From Burkholderiales bacterium (GTDB lineage Bacteria > Pseudomonadota > Gammaproteobacteria > Burkholderiales > JAEUOS01): a DNA stretch of 64,000 bases. The translations under genes and the position numbers were made by a program. This document shows, piece by piece, positions 60,419-64,000 of the stretch (the stretch's first letter is position 1; every line of letters begins with the position of its first letter). Below the pieces are notes generated by a model. It was not told where the DNA came from, made no database searches, and worked only from the letters and a program-made list of their open reading frames with translations. Location: NCBI GenBank assembly GCA_965279115.1, contig OZ257137.1, forward strand, positions 732,224 through 796,223. Reading direction: 5' to 3'.

Positions 60419-60569
60419 GTCGGCAAGGATACCTTAGCGGGGTTTCGAAGAGGCTAACCAAAGTCGCGCGGCCTAACCGGCGTAAACACTTCCTTGATGA
60501 ATCGACCGGCTTCGCCGGCGATTCAGATCAGATCAATCCGGAAAAAAGCAGGTTTGTACTTTTTTCCGC

Positions 60570-61592
60570 TCAGAGGATCGGGTGCGCCCTAACGTAAACC
60601 TTTTCTTCCTTCATGGTGCGGCCGAGCAGCTTGACCATGGCGTACACGGCTTCGATATGCGCCACCGAAACATCGACGGTGTTGCCCAGTTCGATCACCG
60701 CGCCTACCAGGGCGTCGATCTCGGGATCGCGCCCGGCCTCGATGTCCTGCAGCATGGAAGTCTTGTGCTTGCCGACCTTCTCGGCCCCCGCGATGCGGCG
60801 GTCGATGTCGACGCGGAACGCCACCCCGAGTTTGGCCGCCACTTCTTCGGCCTCCTTCATCATCTTGCGCGCGAGCTCGCGCGTCAGCGGGTACTGGCAA
60901 ATGTCGACCAGCGTCGAGTGGGTGAGCGCCGAGATCGGATTGAAGGTGAGATTGCCCCATAACTTGAGCCAGATTTCCGAGCGGATCGAAGGCAGGACCG
61001 GCGACTTGAATCCAGCGCCGACCAACACCTCGGATACCCGCTTCACGCGCTCGCTCTCCAGGCCGCCCATCGATGCATCGAGTTCGCCCACCGGAAAGCG
61101 CTCGCCTTCGATATGCCGGATCACGCCCGGCGCGGCGATCTCGGCTGCCGGGTAGACCACGCAGCCGATCAGGCGGCGCGGATCGATGGCAGCGGCGATG
61201 CGCCCGGTCGGATCGACGGATGCGACGGTCTTGCCTTCGTGCAGGCCGCCATGGCGCTGGAAATACCACCAGGGAATGCCGTTCTGCATCGGCAGGATCA
61301 GAGTGTCGTCATGGCAGAGCGACGGCAGGTCATCGACAACGGGTTCGACCTGATGGGCTTTCATGCCAAGGATCACCAGGTCCTGCGGACCTGCATCCGG
61401 GATGCGGTCGGTCGCCTTGATGTCGCGCGCCACAAATTCCTGGCCATCGTGCATCTGCAGCGTCATGCCATTGGCCTTGATCGCCGCGAGATTGGCGCCA
61501 CGTGCGATCAATGTGACTTCGTGTCCCGCCAATGCCAGCTTGACACCCAACAACCCACCGATCGAGCCGGCGCCCACCACGCAGATTTTCAT
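60570..61592 (-). CDS. 2-dehydropantoate 2-reductase (ketopantoate reductase, PanE/ApbA family)
   Basis: ATG 61592 gives MKICVVGAGSIGGLLGVKLALAGHEVTLIAR. Contains ILPMQNGIPWWYF and KTSMLQDIEAGR. Confidence 0.8.
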   Translation of the reverse strand: MKICVVGAGSIGGLLGVKLALAGHEVTLIARGANLAAIKANGMTLQMHDGQEFVARDIKATDRIPDAGPQDLVILGMKAHQVEPVVDDLPSLCHDDTLILPMQNGIPWWYFQRHGGLHEGKTVASVDPTGRIAAAIDPRRLIGCVVYPAAEIAAPGVIRHIEGERFPVGELDASMGGLESERVKRVSEVLVGAGFKSPVLPSIRSEIWLKLWGNLTFNPISALTHSTLVDICQYPLTRELARKMMKEAEEVAAKLGVAFRVDIDRRIAGAEKVGKHKTSMLQDIEAGRDPEIDALVGAVIELGNTVDVSVAHIEAVYAMVKLLGRTMKEEKVYVRAHPIL

Positions 61593-61849
61593 CGTGCAAA
61601 TTCCCCGGGTCGGGTGGGACGAATCACCTCTTGGCTTCCGCATATCTTGCGGAAGCCGATGTCGCTTCCCGACCGCACAATTTTGTGAAGACCTCCGATA
61701 ATACGCAAAAAATTGTGCGCCGCACAGTAAATTTACAGAAATTAGTCTTTGATTTTATTAAATAAATGCTTACTTTTTGAGATTTGTGCCGTGATGCAAC
61801 ACGCAGTTTCGCTGTGCCTTCGCTTGCACTCCTTGCACGCAAAGATGGT

Positions 61850-61878
61850 TTGACACCGGACAGGCCATCGGCCATAAT
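61850..61878 (+). promoter_or_regulatory. sigma70 promoter for the tRNA gene (TTGACA-17 nt-CATAAT) with a G+C-rich discriminator
   Basis: TTGACA at 61850-61855, a 17-nt spacer, CATAAT at 61873-61878, then CCGCCGCCTCGCG. The tRNA starts at 61908. Confidence 0.65.
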
Positions 61879-61907
61879 CCGCCGCCTCGCGAGATCTCGC
61901 GTGCCAC

Positions 61908-61984
61908 GGCGATTTAGCTCAGTCGGTTAGAGCAACGGAATCATAATCCGCGGGTCCGGGGTTCGAATCCCTGAATCGCCACCA
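61908..61984 (+). tRNA. tRNA with CAU anticodon (elongator tRNA-Met; lysidine-modified tRNA-Ile2 not excluded)
   Basis: A 77-nt cloverleaf folded by hand. Acceptor GGCGATT/AATCGCC, D arm GCTC-AGTCGGTTA-GAGC, anticodon arm ACGGA-ATCATAA-TCCGC (A27:C43 mismatch), variable loop GGGTC, T arm CGGGG-TTCGAAT-CCCTG, and an encoded 3' ACCA. Confidence 0.9.
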
Positions 61985-62106
61985 AATTCAGCCATAAAAA
62001 TCGTCCGGACTGCGCACTGCCGTGCGCCAGCAACGCTTCCGGCCGGTGTGGAATTGCGCCGAGGTCGACGGGTGGTTGGCGCGATGAATGATAAAATCAG
62101 GCGCTT

Positions 62107-62445
62107 ATGTCCAAGTTCATTCGCCTGCTGTGTGCTGCACTCTGCGTGAGTTTCACGTTCAGTGCGGTGGCGCAAGTCCAGCGGATCGTGTCGATCCCGG
62201 CTGCCGCGAAACGCGCCACCTTCATCTTCAGCGGAGGGCCGGATGTGCTTGTCGACGGGCGTGCAGCGCGGCTTGCGCCCGGTGCACGCATATTCGACCG
62301 CAACAATTACCTGCAGATGCATGGCGCCGTCACCGGCACCCTCAGGGTCAAGTACCTGCTCGAGGCCACCACGGGACTGGTCCAGTCCGTATGGATCCTG
62401 ACTGACGAGGAAATCGCCACGCCCGACCCGGTACCGCCTAAATAG
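62107..62445 (+). CDS. small exported hypothetical protein (112 aa)
   Basis: Signal peptide [23 protein letters not shown]. The codon usage is G+C-rich. I recognise no family. Confidence 0.6.
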   Translation: MSKFIRLLCAALCVSFTFSAVAQVQRIVSIPAAAKRATFIFSGGPDVLVDGRAARLAPGARIFDRNNYLQMHGAVTGTLRVKYLLEATTGLVQSVWILTDEEIATPDPVPPK

Positions 62446-62507
62446 CCGTGTCCGCGCGAGCGGACCTTCGATTCGCAGCCCCGCTCAACAACGGTTACCT
62501 GCACACC

Positions 62508-63839
62508 ATGCCGAAAAAGCTCTATATCAAGACCTTCGGCTGCCAGATGAACGAGTACGACTCGGACAAGATGGCAGACGTTCTGGGCGCTTCAGATGCG
62601 CTCGAAAAAGCCGAGACGCCGGAAGAGGCGGATGTCATCCTGTTCAATACCTGCTCGGTGCGCGAGAAGGCGCAGGAGAAGGTGTTTTCCGACCTTGGAC
62701 GGGCGCGCCTGCTCAAGCAGCAGAATCCGGCGCTCATCATCGGGGTGGGTGGCTGTGTTGCCAGCCAGGAAGGCGCGGCGATCGTGGCGCGCGCGCCCTA
62801 CGTCGACGTCGTCTTCGGCCCGCAAACCCTGCATCGCCTGCCGGAACTGATCCGCCAGCGCCGCGCCACCGGCACGCCGCAAGTCGACATTTCCTTTCCT
62901 GAAATCGAAAAGTTCGACAACCTGCCTGCTGCGCGCACCGACGGCGCCACCGCGTTTGTTTCAATCATGGAAGGCTGCTCAAAATATTGCAGCTTCTGTG
63001 TCGTGCCGTATACCCGTGGCGTGGAAATCTCGCGCGACTTGGACGGTGTGCTCACCGAGATTGCCGGACTCGCGCAACAGGGCGTACGCGAAGTCACCTT
63101 GCTGGGGCAGAATGTCAACGCCTACCGTGGCGCCACCGCGGACGGCGAGATCGCCGACTTCGCGCTGCTGATCGAATACGTGGCCGAAATCCCGGGAATC
63201 GAACGCATTCGCTACACCACCTCGCACCCCAAGGAAATGACCGAGCGCCTGATCGGCGTCTATGCGCGGGTGCCGAAGCTGGTGTCGCAGCTTCACCTGC
63301 CCGTGCAGGCCGGCAGCGACCGGGTATTGGCGGCGATGAAACGCGGTTACACCGTGCTGGAGTACAAATCCATCATCCGCCGCCTGCGCGCGGTGCGCCC
63401 GGACCTGTCGCTTTCGACCGACTTCATCGTCGGTTTCCCGGGTGAGACGGAAGCGGACTTCGAAGCCACGATGCAACTGATCGAAGACGTCGGATTCGAT
63501 GGCGCGTTCAGCTTCCTGTATTCGCGCCGGCCGGGCACACCGGCCGCCGACCTGTCCGACGACACGCCGCACGAGATCCGGCAGCGGCGCCTGGCTCGCT
63601 TGCAATCCCGCGTCGAGGAACAGGCTGCCGCCTTGAGCCGTGCCATGGTCGGCAAGGTCGAGCGCGTGCTCGTCGAAGGCGCGTCCCGCAAGGATGCCAG
63701 CGAACTGCGTGGCCGCACTGCAAACAATCGGGTCGTCAATTTCGCCGGCCATGCGCGCCTGGTCGGCGAGCTCGTCGATGTCACCATCACGGCCGCACTG
63801 CCGCATTCGCTGCGCGGCGAAATCGTCACCGTCGACTGA
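62508..63839 (+). CDS. miaB: tRNA-2-methylthio-N6-dimethylallyladenosine synthase MiaB (radical SAM)
   Basis: Starts [22 protein letters not shown] (UPF0004 Cys). Contains [14 protein letters not shown], the radical-SAM motif [11 protein letters not shown] and a TRAM C-terminus. Start at ATG 62508. Confidence 0.95.
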   Translation: MPKKLYIKTFGCQMNEYDSDKMADVLGASDALEKAETPEEADVILFNTCSVREKAQEKVFSDLGRARLLKQQNPALIIGVGGCVASQEGAAIVARAPYVDVVFGPQTLHRLPELIRQRRATGTPQVDISFPEIEKFDNLPAARTDGATAFVSIMEGCSKYCSFCVVPYTRGVEISRDLDGVLTEIAGLAQQGVREVTLLGQNVNAYRGATADGEIADFALLIEYVAEIPGIERIRYTTSHPKEMTERLIGVYARVPKLVSQLHLPVQAGSDRVLAAMKRGYTVLEYKSIIRRLRAVRPDLSLSTDFIVGFPGETEADFEATMQLIEDVGFDGAFSFLYSRRPGTPAADLSDDTPHEIRQRRLARLQSRVEEQAAALSRAMVGKVERVLVEGASRKDASELRGRTANNRVVNFAGHARLVGELVDVTITAALPHSLRGEIVTVD

Positions 63840-63851
63840 GGCATATCAACG

Positions 63852-64000
63852 TTGGCACGCCCCTCCAGAGAACTGCGATTCGAACCGGCCGACAACCGGC
63901 GGCTATCCAACCTGTGCGGTCCGCTCGACGCCAACCTGCGCCAGATCGAAGTGGCGCTTGACGTCAGCATCACGCGGCGCGGCGAGCGCATGACCGTGCG
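63852..64000 (+). CDS. PhoH-like ATPase (YbeZ-like), 5' end only
   Basis: My translation from TTG 63852 is LARPSRELRFEPADNRRLSNLCGPLDANLRQIEVALDVSITRRGERMTV. It is collinear with the YbeZ N-terminus (..LEPADNARLLSLCGPFDDNIKQLE..). It runs off the right edge, and miaB-ybeZ synteny is conserved. Confidence 0.7.
   Translation, partial: MARPSRELRFEPADNRRLSNLCGPLDANLRQIEVALDVSITRRGERMTV

Noticed and set aside
63852-63868. TGGCAC-N5-TCCA resembling a sigma54 -24/-12 element
   Set aside because: The -12 GC dinucleotide is missing (TCCA instead of TTGC), and the sequence lies at or inside the start of the phoH-like CDS.
1-64000. Search for CRISPR arrays, IS elements or transposases, integrases, prophage genes, rRNA and recognisable multi-gene defence systems
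   Set aside because: Reading both strands and all listed ORFs turned up none. Apart from the HigBA-like pair, every sizeable ORF fits metabolic, transport, regulatory or housekeeping families. My manual repeat search is not exhaustive, and a k-mer or self-dot-plot analysis would be needed to exclude dispersed repeats.

Overview
This is a high-G+C segment (about 65-70% in sampled lines) that looks like chromosomal DNA of a Burkholderiales-type betaproteobacterium. The clearest sign is 12 paralogous Bug/TctC-family periplasmic binding-protein genes in 64 kb. I call about 59 protein genes and one tRNA(CAU). I saw no rRNA, CRISPR array, IS element or integrase. All family calls come from motifs read by eye in the supplied translations; no database search was possible. 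Layout: (1) Positions 1-1460 hold a partial MFS efflux gene, a small lower-G+C membrane ORF and a GntR/FCD regulator. (2) Positions 1517-17491 form one tightly packed plus-strand block of 12 genes: four leaderless Cys-type sulfatases, six Bug binding proteins, an enolase-superfamily enzyme and an aldo/keto reductase. A sigma70-like promoter with a perfect palindrome precedes it and a hairpin with a T-tract follows it. This is my best candidate for an undescribed system, namely uptake and cytoplasmic desulfation of sulfated organic acids. (3) Positions 17.5-31 kb hold acyl-CoA-type accessory metabolism (CBS protein, crotonase, two family-III CoA-transferases, GST, CMD-family protein, LysR, MFS, Gfo/Idh/MocA, four more Bug genes) interrupted by a lower-G+C HigB/HigA-like toxin-antitoxin pair. 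(4) Positions 31-35 kb hold a 40% G+C intergenic region with a small terminator-backed ORF and repeats, a dCache-HAMP-PAS histidine kinase, a FixJ/NarL regulator and a RIO-type kinase. (5) Positions 35-39 kb hold an M81 (MlrC-like) peptidase, an unknown exported protein and a Tat-exported beta-lactamase-fold hydrolase. (6) Positions 39-50 kb hold an EamA transporter, an omega-aminotransferase with a divergent AsnC regulator, a small OMP, an LLM oxidoreductase with a VOC protein, an M20 amidase with a MetX-like hydrolase, and two Bug genes. (7) Positions 50-64 kb are mostly core genes: a tandem Usp with a perfect FNR/Anr box, a methyltransferase, a YdjM-like protein, hrpA, argA, yggX, rpiA, dsbC, a ubiH-family gene, a panE-like gene, tRNA-Met, miaB and the start of a phoH-like gene. 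The many long ORFs antisense to these genes are treated as high-G+C artefacts.
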